A DNA stretch of 64,000 nt from an uncultured Verrucomicrobiae bacterium (GTDB lineage Bacteria; Verrucomicrobiota; Verrucomicrobiia; Chthoniobacterales; JAFAMB01), in NCBI GenBank assembly GCA_963804425.1, contig CAWDQF010000007.1, positions 756,442 to 820,441 of the forward strand. Direction: 5' to 3'. This document shows, piece after piece, positions 17,905-27,309 of the stretch. A program made the translations under genes and the position numbers. Numbering within the stretch: position 1 is the stretch's first letter; every line of letters begins with the position of its first letter. Under the pieces are notes generated by a model that worked only from the letters and a program-made list of their open reading frames with translations, did not search any database and had not been told where the DNA came from.

Positions 17905-18618
17905 TTGAAAATAAACCCTCATATGAAATCTCTCTTCTTCGCCTTATTGGCCATCGCATCCTTTGCTGCCGATTCCTTCGGTCAGACCATCATTAACTCG
18001 GTGCCCTACACCATCACTGCTCCCGGCAACTATGTGGTGGGCACAAACCTCACTTACTCATCGGCCGCTGGCGCAGCCATCACGATCCTCAGCAGTAATG
18101 TGACCCTGGATCTGGGAGGTCATTATCTCTACCACCCTGGCACCCCGGTCTCGAACTTCGGCGTCTTCGTGCACAACGCTGGTAATGTCATTATCCAGAA
18201 CGGCATCATCGCCGTGTTCTATTACGGAGTCTTTTTCGACGACGCTGGCGGATCGACGCTCAACTCGGGCAATATTGTGCAAAACCTGAGACTGACCAAT
18301 CTGATCTTTGGCGTCACTCTCTCCCCTGCTTCCGGATCCATCGTCCGAAATAATCAGATGACTTCGACTTCAAACGGAACCTTAGGTATTGGAATCGATA
18401 TCGTCGGTGGTAGCGGCAACCTGGTCAGCGGGAACGTCGTCTCTGGATTCGAGTTCGGCGCTGAGTCAGACGGCAATAATTATTTCCTCGAGAATATGGT
18501 TAGCAATGCCACTGTCGGTCTTGAACTGGATACCAGCGACAAATATCGGTTTAATACCACATTCAATTGCCCGACGCCGTTCCACAGCGGTATCGCGCTG
18601 ACCGACGATAATAACTGA
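17905..18618 (+). CDS. secreted right-handed parallel beta-helix repeat protein
   Basis: Signal peptide MKINPHMKSLFFALLAIASFAADSFG (TTG start behind a GGAAGGA SD; alternative ATG at 17923). Repeated ..GN.I.NN.I.. / G..V.GN.V beta-helix turns. Confidence 0.7.
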   Translation: MKINPHMKSLFFALLAIASFAADSFGQTIINSVPYTITAPGNYVVGTNLTYSSAAGAAITILSSNVTLDLGGHYLYHPGTPVSNFGVFVHNAGNVIIQNGIIAVFYYGVFFDDAGGSTLNSGNIVQNLRLTNLIFGVTLSPASGSIVRNNQMTSTSNGTLGIGIDIVGGSGNLVSGNVVSGFEFGAESDGNNYFLENMVSNATVGLELDTSDKYRFNTTFNCPTPFHSGIALTDDNN

Positions 18619-18644
18619 AAGGTATTCTTCACGCTGATCACGGA

Positions 18645-19187
18645 TTGAGAGGGTCCACCACGTGGCAGACCCTCTTTGTGAACTGGTTCCGACCTACGTT
18701 CATAATCTTGGCCGCTTTGTCTGGCGCTCCGTTCTCCGCGCTAGAAGCGCGTACGCATCGGTCAACCAACATTTGGTTAATTTTGCCGGCCTGGCGCTGC
18801 GCGTTTGGAACCTGGCGACGTCAGTCGGACGCTGCCGCGTCCGGTGGGCCGCCAATGACCTACGCTAAGCTGGTCGACGACTATCTAAGCGAGGCGCATC
18901 GCGACCATCCTGGTTCTGGCTGTGCAATCAGCGCGTTGACGGGAGAGATCGCACGCAGCGGTAAGCGAACCCGCGCGCTCTTGACCGAAGAGATCCGAAA
19001 CGCCTTCCAGTTGATCGCCGATCTGACCCCCGGCAAGGACGAGGGACCGGCGAGATCCGGAGCAATTTTAACCCTTAGCGCACTGGTCGGCGCAATCGGG
19101 CTCTCGCGCGCGGTATCGGATGAAGCGCTTTCGCGCGAAATATTGAAGACCGTTGGTGAGCTTCTGAAAAAGGAGGCATGCGAATAG
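18645..19187 (+). pseudogene. TetR/AcrR-family regulator remnant (C-terminal ligand domain intact, N-terminal HTH degraded)
   Basis: The C-terminal part, MTYAKLVDDYLSEAHRDHPGSGCAISALTGEIARSG..ILTLSALVGAIGLSRAV, is TetR_C-like. The upstream part shows only scrambled traces of the HTH (AGL..AF..) across two frames and overlaps a terminator-like hairpin. Confidence 0.4.
18647..18680 (+). terminator. rho-independent terminator candidate after the beta-helix gene
   Basis: gagagggtc-(12 nt)-gaccctctt followed by tgtg. Weak U-tract. Confidence 0.4.
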
Positions 19188-19472
19188 GGTGACGTCCAAA
19201 ACGTTCTACCAGGTTGGGGCGGCTATCACCGTTTCAGTGATCAAACCGGCCAACAATGAATTCCCCTCGGATGACTCCGGCTGGCTCACCGGCAAGCAGA
19301 TCCTTGCTGGCCGCGGCCTTCGCTAATCCACCGGCACTGAAACCCAACCGGACGTCCGTTCAACGCCGAGCTTCGTCGTGGGACTGAGTGGGGTCTTTCG
19401 AAAGATCCACAGGACTCGGCATCTGTCATTAAATCAAACTCCGGGCCGAGTTCCGTCGACTTCGATCCGAGC

Positions 19473-19952
19473 CTACGATTCCTCTTCCTCGTCGCTCTCT
19501 TCAGTGTGCGAGCCTTCCTGTTGCATCTTTCGAAGCGCCTCTGTCATGTCTTCAAGCTCATTCCAAACATTAAGGCTTACGTAGATCGGCGCGGGCTGCT
19601 GAGTCGCCATCGCGATACAATCGCTCGGCCGCGCATCGATCTCGATGATCTTCTTCTGTTGCAGTTCGGTCTCTGCACTGAGGACAAGTCTCGCAAAATA
19701 GGTGCCACGCTTGAGATCGTTAATGATTACCCTTTCGACCTTCGCTCCCAGCGCTCGCAAGATGTTCGCTAGTAGATCATGGGTGAGCGGTCGCTCCTTT
19801 TGCGTGCCTTGATTGAACATCGCGATCGCTGCCCCAACGCTCTGATCAACGAACATCACGAAAACTTTTTCCTCGTTGCCAAGAAAAACCGCGCAGCCGC
19901 CGCTCGTCGCACCGAGGCCGCGAATCTGCACTTCGATAACCGGCTTACTCAT
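19473..19952 (-). CDS. bifunctional nuclease (BFN/DUF151) family protein with an acidic tail
   Basis: AVFLGNEEKVFVMFVDQSVGAAIAM...RPLTHDLLANIL..LGAKVERVIINDL..GTYFARL...IDARPSDCIAMA has the BFN domain layout. Confidence 0.75.
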   Translation of the reverse strand: MSKPVIEVQIRGLGATSGGCAVFLGNEEKVFVMFVDQSVGAAIAMFNQGTQKERPLTHDLLANILRALGAKVERVIINDLKRGTYFARLVLSAETELQQKKIIEIDARPSDCIAMATQQPAPIYVSLNVWNELEDMTEALRKMQQEGSHTEESDEEEES

Positions 19953-20084
19953 ACGGCAAGTCTCGTTATCCCCTTCCCGCCAAGATCCGAATTGCTTTCA
20001 ATGGGTGATCAAAAAACAAAACCATTCAGTTTTGTGCTCCTGCCCTGTCAAAAATTCGATCCACTCGAGTTTCAGGCCACCGTT

Positions 20085-20381
20085 TCAAAGGACACGCGTA
20101 CTCGGCGCCCCGTCTGCTCGATCACGCCCGATGAAAACCCGATGAACACTATTTGGGCCACTGATCATTCGATCGATGCCGTTGGCGACCTGCTGGGCCT
20201 CTTCTCGCGTTGTGTAAGAGTAATACAAAGGCTCAGTTTCCAGCCATGGCACTGAATCTTTTAGGAATTCCGACACAAGGTATCGCTCTTTATGCGGCTC
20301 AATCATTGCGTTAGGCTCAACACCTATTGCTCCGCAGGCGTCTAGAAAGGCCTGCTCGGTTTTGGCTGTGAATTCGTTCAT
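20085..20381 (-). CDS. hypothetical protein
   Basis: ORF only. Confidence 0.3.
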   Translation of the reverse strand: MNEFTAKTEQAFLDACGAIGVEPNAMIEPHKERYLVSEFLKDSVPWLETEPLYYSYTTREEAQQVANGIDRMISGPNSVHRVFIGRDRADGAPSTRVL

Positions 20382-21006
20382 TTGATGCTTACTAGGCGTA
20401 ACAACGCCATTTCGATGCTTTCTGCTCTTTCGTGGCCTTTGGCCGTTTCGGTTCCCCCCGGGACTTCGATCGGCGTGGATTTAACGCTAGGCCACTTGAG
20501 CAGCCTCTGACAACTGCGTAGAATCGAGATTCTAGGCCAATAGAAGATAGCCCATTTTCAGTCAGAAGTCGCCTCCCATCGATGGCTTTATACTCCGCTG
20601 TTTTGTCCGGAAGAATCGGCAACGCATCCTTTTCGCGGAGAGCATCGAGCCTGTCTTGACTTCAGCCCAAGGATTCTGGTTTCTCTGTTCGGCATGAGAA
20701 AAATCATTCAAATCGCGACTCTAACCGGACCCACAACCAAGCTGCTAGCTCTCTGTGACGATGGATCGATCTGGCAACTAGCCCCGACCGTTAGCACTCA
20801 ATGGGAGCGGATTCGCGCAGAAATTCCGAACGACTAAAAAGCCCTTTAAGGTCGCGAAAAAGCCAGAGCGAAATAGAGCACCTCAAACCGCCTCGTACAC
20901 CGCTTCGCCGTGATGGTGCTGAAGCCACTGCATCTTCGAGCGGGACGAAGATGTTGCTCGGTATCCATCGGGCGTGATTCTTCGCCAGCGTAGCGAGTGA
21001 AGCGCG

Positions 21007-21672
21007 CTAGGCGCTTAGGTATTTCTCGATCTGCTTAAGCAATTCGTCTAGCTCGGGTTCAATGGCGTCTAATCCGGTTAGGATCGTGGTCTCAGACCGC
21101 TCAAGCTTATCGATCGTTAGCAGCTTATCATAGGTAGCTTCTTGAAGGCTGCGCCAGAGCTCGAACTCCCGGGAGGTATCGCTCAAAAGATCTACCAAGC
21201 CTTTGGCATGGCCGTAAGCCCTGATAATATCCTCTCGCAATTTGTCGTCATTAATTCCGCTAAGTGCGGCTGCATTTGACTCAAAAACGATGAAGTAGTT
21301 CTGTTCGGAACGAACCAGTGCTGCTGATGGCAAATATTTCTGCGGCAGGTTATTTTGTCGAAGCACTTCCCGCGACAGGTACCGGTCAATTAACGACGTA
21401 TGTAGCGGGTGAAAGTTATCGCGTTTAAGAACCAGTAACTCCGCCGCGATCGATCGCAGGATACCGTTGACTGCTCGACGTTCAGTTTCTTGGTCCCTTT
21501 GTCGCTGATCTTGCGCAGCTTGCTCTTGGGCGCGAAGGGCGTAGCGGCCAGTTATGAGACCACCGATAATAGCGCCGATGAAAGCGCCGACAATGCCAAT
21601 GAGCGCAGCCCAAAACTCTTTCGAGTGAAATAACCAGGGGAAGAAAGCTGCCAGGAATTGTAGAACAGACAC
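21007..21672 (-). CDS. hypothetical single-pass membrane protein (distant paralog of 39678..40388)
   Basis: N-terminal TM helix (AALIGIVGAFIGAIIGGLITG), a charged helix, then NYFIVFESNAAALSGI..LREDIIRAYGHAKGLVDLL, which matches SYFSIFDANAAEIGLV..LRTSLVRTFMLAKRLIDQY in the other copy. Confidence 0.5.
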   Translation of the reverse strand: MSVLQFLAAFFPWLFHSKEFWAALIGIVGAFIGAIIGGLITGRYALRAQEQAAQDQRQRDQETERRAVNGILRSIAAELLVLKRDNFHPLHTSLIDRYLSREVLRQNNLPQKYLPSAALVRSEQNYFIVFESNAAALSGINDDKLREDIIRAYGHAKGLVDLLSDTSREFELWRSLQEATYDKLLTIDKLERSETTILTGLDAIEPELDELLKQIEKYLSA

Positions 21673-21711
21673 GCTCTCGATTTTACGAAACGCGAACGGA
21701 TCACGGCAAGC

Positions 21712-22017
21712 CTATGCGCTACGGTTTCGCATAGGGCTGCGAGTTGGCACAATGTCAGTTATCGATGGCTTTGCGTCAGTTCTCGATGACGACGAACTCG
21801 CCGCTTTTGAATCAAAGAATTCCAGATCCTCGGGGCTCATCGCACTTACCACATAGTCGCCCGAGTCGAAGTGGCGCCATTGGCCGTTGCAGTTCCAGAC
21901 CACATAAATGTGGTGCTCGTCCCAGCGCAAGATGCAGCCCGGGAGTGTCGCCCCGCTCGGCAGGTAACGGACCCAGCGACCGCGATCGGTCTCCGTAAGG
22001 CTCGGTATTTCGATCAA
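21712..22017 (-). CDS. hypothetical small protein
   Basis: ORF only. The N-terminal 70 aa or so look globular; the tail is low complexity. Confidence 0.3.
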   Translation of the reverse strand: MIEIPSLTETDRGRWVRYLPSGATLPGCILRWDEHHIYVVWNCNGQWRHFDSGDYVVSAMSPEDLEFFDSKAASSSSSRTDAKPSITDIVPTRSPMRNRSA

Positions 22018-22325
22018 TCAGGTTAGTTTCTGGATGCGACCTGTATACATGTCACGGAGATGGGTCAATCCTCGACGAAGCGAAACTCGCCTCGATCGAT
22101 CGATGTCCGGTTAAACCACGTCAAATCGTCTTGAACTTCTCGAGAATGACCCAGGTTTAGGCACGGCCCGCGAAGGTTAGAAACTTTGCAGCGCACCGGG
22201 GACGACGCGCTTTCATGAGCCAGGTCTCCCGCTGCATTGCGTCCTCATTTTCTGCGGCGCGCTCGGTACCGGCTCTCAAGCGGCCTGGCTTGACGCTTCG
22301 TTAACGCTCTGGTAAAAAGCGCCAA

Positions 22326-22822
22326 GTGGCAAAATTCATATTTTCCGTAGTTATTGGGGCAGCGCTAGCTGTCTCCGTGCGGGCCGGCGATTTCAAACTG
22401 CCGGATGATAGTCCCGTTGCTTCTTTCACCATTCCCGCTTCCTGGAGTCCATCTGAGTATGAAGATGGAGTCGAGGCTACCTCGGACGACGGTTCCATTT
22501 ATATCGCTGTTGAGGCTGCCGATATCTCGAGCTCTAAAGACGTCTCAGGCGCGATGACTGAATCGCTTAAGTATCTCACCAAAAAGGTGTCACGGTGAAC
22601 TCCGACTCCGTGAAACAAACCGACGCCAAAATCAACGGAATGGATGTGGTGGATATTAGCTGGGACGGTAAAGACTCCGAAGGAGCTTGCCGAGTGAGTC
22701 TCAGCATAGTGATCGTGACGGCCAAAAAAGGCCTTTTGCTGACTTATTGGGGCTCGCCGGAAGGGTCGAAAAAATACGGCAAAGATCTGGACGCCATCGC
22801 GGAAAGTATCAAACCGCTTTGA
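22326..22822 (+). pseudogene. secreted hypothetical protein split by a frameshift at the A5 run 22581-22585
   Basis: ORF 22326..22598 (signal peptide MAKFIFSVVIGAALAVSVRA) and ORF 22595..22822 join as ..SLKYLTKK|GVTVNSDSVKQTDAKINGMDVV.. if one A is added. Confidence 0.55.
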
Positions 22823-23492
22823 ATTCCTCGCTGGCAAATTCGTCGCTACACGATTCATCTGAGTCCGCATACTAGAGCCAGAGAACTATCAGCGCCGCAA
22901 CGGAGCGAGCGATCCAGCGAATAGACCCGCACCTGATTGGCAATCTGGTTTCCCCGTACTCCGGCATCCAACAGCAGAACTCCTACGCCCAAGAGCGAAT
23001 AAGATGCTTCTGACCGCTGAAAAACAGCATCACGGGCAATCGCGTTGAGGATCGGCTGATTATAGTAGATATTCATCGCCACGAGACCGGCCGTTTTGGC
23101 TAATAAGAGAATTCACGACCGGGCAGGATCAGAAGCTTTGGTATTCTCGGCCAGTCGGAAATCATGGATGGACGGCGAGGAACAACGGCAACCGTCAAAG
23201 AGAAATCCATCAGGGGCGCCGCCGAGTAATTTTTGGTGATGTTTGAAAAACATACCGTCGGGCGGATTGCAGGAGGTTCTGAAGCTCGCCTCTATCGCCA
23301 GCTGGCTTTTGAGTTTGATGGAGTAATTTAGCAGAAAGCCTTAAGTCCATATTTGACCATTTAGTTTACTTGCTTAGCGTGTCCTCAGGGCAGACGAGTT
23401 TAAAATCAACGTAAAAGTGTACCGATAGGTCAAATTTCTGCAAGAGTCCGAAAACGGGGCGATAAGATGAGGGGTTAGGAGGCCAGAACTCA

Positions 23493-25994
23493 GTGCACCG
23501 AAGAATCATCCATAGTTTTGCATTGGTGACGCTATGCTCTGTCGTTTTGTCCGCGGCAAAGGTATTCAGCGCGGACTCGGTCGACGACCGCGTGAATGAT
23601 CTGCTCGGGCGAATGACTCTGGAAGAGAAGTTGGAGTACATCGGTGGGATCCACGCGATGTCGATTCGGCCAATCCCCCGACTCGGATTGCCCGAGATTC
23701 GGATGAGTGATGGTCCGGTGGGAGTGCGTCAGGATCGTCCGAGCACGCGTTATCCGGCTGGGATAGCTTTGGCTGCGACTTGGAATTCGCTGCTGGCCGC
23801 CAAGGAGGGAGTCGCCATGGGGCGCGATTGTCGGGCGCGCGGTATTCACATCTTGCTTGCTCCTGGACTGAACATCAACCGAGTGCCGGTTTGCGGTAGA
23901 AACTTCGAGTATCTTGCCGGTGAAGATCCGTATCTCGCGAGCCAAATGGTCGTGCCCTTCATACGCGGGGTGCAAAGCCAGGGGGTGGTGGCAACCGCGA
24001 AACATTTCGCGGTCAATAACCAGGAATTCAATCGCATGGAGATCAGTGCGGTCGTCGATGAGCGCGCTCTCCGAGAGATTTATCTGCCGGCATTCGAAGC
24101 TGCGGTTAAAGAAGGAAAAGTGGGGGCGGTCATGGACGCCTACAATCGAGTGAACGGTTCGTTCTGTACGGAAAACCGTTTTCTGAATATCCAGGTCCTC
24201 AAATCGGAGTGGGGCTTCCCCGGCGTGTTGATGTCCGATTGGGGTGCCACTCATAATGGATTGGCAGCGGCCACTGGCGGGCTCGATCTGGAGATGCCCT
24301 CGGGAACTCATTTTTCCCCGAGGGCCCTTTCGGCTCTGCTAAAGGAGTACCGACTGTCACAGAGCCAAATTGACGACAAGGTTCGTACCATTCTCCGACT
24401 GATTGTTGCCAATGGTTTTCTGGATCGGCCGCAGTTGGACCCCACGATTCCGGAAAACGATCCAACCAGTGCTGCCACCGCGCTGGCTATTGCGCAGGAG
24501 GGGATCGTCCTATTGAAGAACGAAGGGAAAATCCTCCCGCTTGACCGTAATAACATTCACCGCATTGCCGTGTTCGGTCCTGATGCGCATCCCGGAATCC
24601 CGACGGGTTGGGGAAGTTCTTTCGTTTACCCCGCGCACTCTGTGAGTTTGGTAGATGGACTGCGTGAGGTGTTTGGTACGCAAGTTAAGATCGACTATTT
24701 CGATGCGGGAGTCGGTTCATTCAAGGGTGCTGAGTTTCTTCATCCCGGCGACGGCGGAAACTTAGAGCCCGGATTGAAAGGGGAGTACTTCGATAATTCC
24801 AATTTATCCGGGCAGCCGGTTTCTACTCGAATCGATTCGCACGTCGATTTTGAGTGGGTGGCGGGTGCGCCAATACCTCAATTCTCCTCTGATCGATTTT
24901 CGGTTCGCTGGACGGGGATGATTCGAGCATCCGAGTCTGGTCCACATGTCTTCCGGGCGCGTTCGGACGATGGCATGCGCGTCTTTTTGAACGGAGAACT
25001 AATCATTGACGACTGGGCCGATCACGCTCCTCGAACAGTTGCTGCCACACGTCGTTTGGAGGCCGGTAAGACCTATGCGCTTCGCGTCGACTATCATAAC
25101 AGCAGCGGCGCGGCGGTCGCCCAGTTGGCTTGGGCCTCGCTGGCGGTACCGGAGGCTGTCAGCAGCTATGACGCCGCAATTGTTGGCGTCGGTTTCGATG
25201 ACGGAACAGAAGGGGAAGGTGCAGATCGCACATTCGCACTACCCAATCTGCAAGACGTTTTGATTCGAAATGTAGCAGGAAAAAACCCACGAACGGCAGT
25301 AGTTTTATTTTCCGGAGGCAACGTCGATATGAGCTCCTGGTTGGACAAAGTGCCGGTACTCTTGCACGCTTGGTATCCGGGGCAAGAGGGAGGACTTGCC
25401 GTGGCGACGGTGTTGGACGGTGAAATAAATCCGTCGGGCAAATTGCCGGTGACGTTCGAGAAGACATTTGGTGATAATCCGGCGGCGGCCAATTACCCGT
25501 CGCGAGACGGAGGGAAAACTGTCAATTACGCGGAAGGAATTTTCGTGGGCTATCGGGGTTTTGATCACTTTGCGATCGAACCTCGATTTCCCTTTGGGTT
25601 TGGTCTGTCGTATACCGAATTCGAGTATTCCGGCATGAAGGTTGATCCCCCAGTCGCGGCTGCAGGTCAGTCCATTCAAGTAAAATGCGAGATCAAGAAT
25701 ATTGGAGACAGACCTGGAGCGGAAATCGCGCAATTGTACGTTCATCCGATTGAGTCGAGGGTGGAGCGGCCGGCGCGCGAACTCAAAGGTTTTGCCAAAG
25801 TTCAGTTGCAGCCTGGCGAAAAGAAAGAGGTAAGCTTTGCGGTGGATCAGAACGCTTTCCGATACTTTGATCCGGCAAGTCACCAATTTAAGACCGATGC
25901 TGGCCGATACGAAATTGAAGTGGGCGCCTCTTCCCGAGATCTGCGTTTGACCCAAACCTTTCAACTGAGGCGAGACTCCGATGTTGCTAACTGA
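23493..25994 (+). CDS. bglX: GH3 beta-glucosidase with inserted PA14 domain, secreted
   Basis: GH3 N-domain (..GRDCRARGIHILLAPGLNINR.. KHFAVNNQE .. VLMSDWGA nucleophile motif), PA14-like segment (GLKGEYFDNSNLSG..FSVRWTG), and a C-terminal Fn3-like domain. Confidence 0.9.
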   Translation: MHRRIIHSFALVTLCSVVLSAAKVFSADSVDDRVNDLLGRMTLEEKLEYIGGIHAMSIRPIPRLGLPEIRMSDGPVGVRQDRPSTRYPAGIALAATWNSLLAAKEGVAMGRDCRARGIHILLAPGLNINRVPVCGRNFEYLAGEDPYLASQMVVPFIRGVQSQGVVATAKHFAVNNQEFNRMEISAVVDERALREIYLPAFEAAVKEGKVGAVMDAYNRVNGSFCTENRFLNIQVLKSEWGFPGVLMSDWGATHNGLAAATGGLDLEMPSGTHFSPRALSALLKEYRLSQSQIDDKVRTILRLIVANGFLDRPQLDPTIPENDPTSAATALAIAQEGIVLLKNEGKILPLDRNNIHRIAVFGPDAHPGIPTGWGSSFVYPAHSVSLVDGLREVFGTQVKIDYFDAGVGSFKGAEFLHPGDGGNLEPGLKGEYFDNSNLSGQPVSTRIDSHVDFEWVAGAPIPQFSSDRFSVRWTGMIRASESGPHVFRARSDDGMRVFLNGELIIDDWADHAPRTVAATRRLEAGKTYALRVDYHNSSGAAVAQLAWASLAVPEAVSSYDAAIVGVGFDDGTEGEGADRTFALPNLQDVLIRNVAGKNPRTAVVLFSGGNVDMSSWLDKVPVLLHAWYPGQEGGLAVATVLDGEINPSGKLPVTFEKTFGDNPAAANYPSRDGGKTVNYAEGIFVGYRGFDHFAIEPRFPFGFGLSYTEFEYSGMKVDPPVAAAGQSIQVKCEIKNIGDRPGAEIAQLYVHPIESRVERPARELKGFAKVQLQPGEKKEVSFAVDQNAFRYFDPASHQFKTDAGRYEIEVGASSRDLRLTQTFQLRRDSDVAN

Positions 25995-27159
25995 GCAAGA
26001 GACCGTGCAGCGCATTCTGGATGCGACGCAGGCCCTGGCCACCGAAGAGCTCGCGCTTGACGAGGCTGGCAACCGCATCCTGGCAAATACGATTTTTGCT
26101 AAGATTGCACTTCCTGCATTCAACAATTCATCCATGGATGGCTACGCGGTGATCGCGGAGGAAGTTCAGCCGGGAACGCGCTTAACGGTGATCGGCGAAC
26201 AATCGGCGGGACCGGATCGACGGCTTCGAGTCGAACCTGGTACGGCGCTGCGAATTTTCACCGGAGCGCCGCTCCCGGAAGGCGCCGATGCGGTGTTGAT
26301 GCAGGAGGACGCGGAACGGGTTGGAAACGAAATTATTGTGCGAACGGAGCTGCATTCCGGCGAAAACGTTCGCTTGCGGGGAGGAGACCTCTGCGAGGGG
26401 CAAAAGATTGCCGAATGCGGTACGCGCTTGAACGCGCAGCGGTTAGCGTTGTTTGCTTCGCAAGGGCTGAGTCGGGTGACGGTTTACCGTCGCCCAGCGG
26501 TGAGCGTTGTCGTAACCGGAAGCGAACTGCGCAAGTCGGACGAACCCCTGGGGCCCGGAGAGATCTATGAGACCAACGGGATCATGCTCTCTGAATTGAT
26601 TCGCCATTGCGGCGGGTTACCGGTTCATTTCGATCCAATCCCAGATAACGAAGAGGCGCATATCCGGACCTTGAGCGACGGGCTGCATTCGGATGTGCTG
26701 GTGGTCGCCGGTGGGGTATCGGTGGGAGAGAAAGATTTGGTCAAACCGATACTTCGAAAACTTGGAGCAGAAATCGAGCTCTGGCGGGTGGCGGTCCGTC
26801 CCGGTAAGCCGTTCCTATTTGGGCGGTTGGGGCAAACACTTATCTTCGGTTTACCGGGCAACCCGGTTTCTGCATTTGTCACATTTACGCTTTTTGTTCG
26901 ACCCGCGTTGTTTCGTCTTCAGGGTTCGAGCGGAGAACCGAACGTTTGGACGAGGGTGGCAGCGGCTCATTCGTTGCGGAACGAAGGAGAACGTCCGCAT
27001 TACTTGCGCGGAAAGGTGACCGGGGATTCCTTTGGATTAGTCGGCCCTCAGGAATCGCACGCGTTGTTTGCCCTATCGCAAGCGGATGCACTCGTGCGGT
27101 TGGAACCGAACCAGGAAGTGGCGGAGGGCGAATTGGTGGAAGCGTTGGTGATTGGCTGA
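25981..27159 (+). CDS. moeA: molybdopterin molybdotransferase
   Basis: MoeA layout: ..FNNSSMDGYAV.., ..IFTGAPLPEGADAVLMQE.., ..VVAGGVSVGEKDLV.., ..PGNPVSAFVTF.. Confidence 0.9.
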   Translation: MLLTEQETVQRILDATQALATEELALDEAGNRILANTIFAKIALPAFNNSSMDGYAVIAEEVQPGTRLTVIGEQSAGPDRRLRVEPGTALRIFTGAPLPEGADAVLMQEDAERVGNEIIVRTELHSGENVRLRGGDLCEGQKIAECGTRLNAQRLALFASQGLSRVTVYRRPAVSVVVTGSELRKSDEPLGPGEIYETNGIMLSELIRHCGGLPVHFDPIPDNEEAHIRTLSDGLHSDVLVVAGGVSVGEKDLVKPILRKLGAEIELWRVAVRPGKPFLFGRLGQTLIFGLPGNPVSAFVTFTLFVRPALFRLQGSSGEPNVWTRVAAAHSLRNEGERPHYLRGKVTGDSFGLVGPQESHALFALSQADALVRLEPNQEVAEGELVEALVIG

Positions 27160-27309
27160 ACACCAGAAAGCGGGCAAGCAGAGAGGAATTCAGCGACTAG
27201 AATCTAGAAGGCAGGCCTCGGCGAACTGTGAAGGGTAGAACTGGGTGCACATTCGAGATTGAACACCCGAGGGTAGAAACCGTATTATAACTATTATTGG
27301 ATTCATGAC

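Noticed and set aside
23532-26135. Long minus-strand ORFs (23532..24311, 25305..26135) antisense to bglX/moeA.
   Set aside because: These are typical GC-rich shadow ORFs. They have Arg/Ser/Pro-rich composition and no motifs, and they overlap well-supported genes.
27160-27309. Possible NAD+ (nadA-motif) riboswitch upstream of nadA, prompted by the duplicated gggtagaa motif at 27233 and 27271.
   Set aside because: I could not fold a convincing two-domain structure or find the conserved internal-loop sequences by eye. A cmscan with the Rfam nadA model would settle it.
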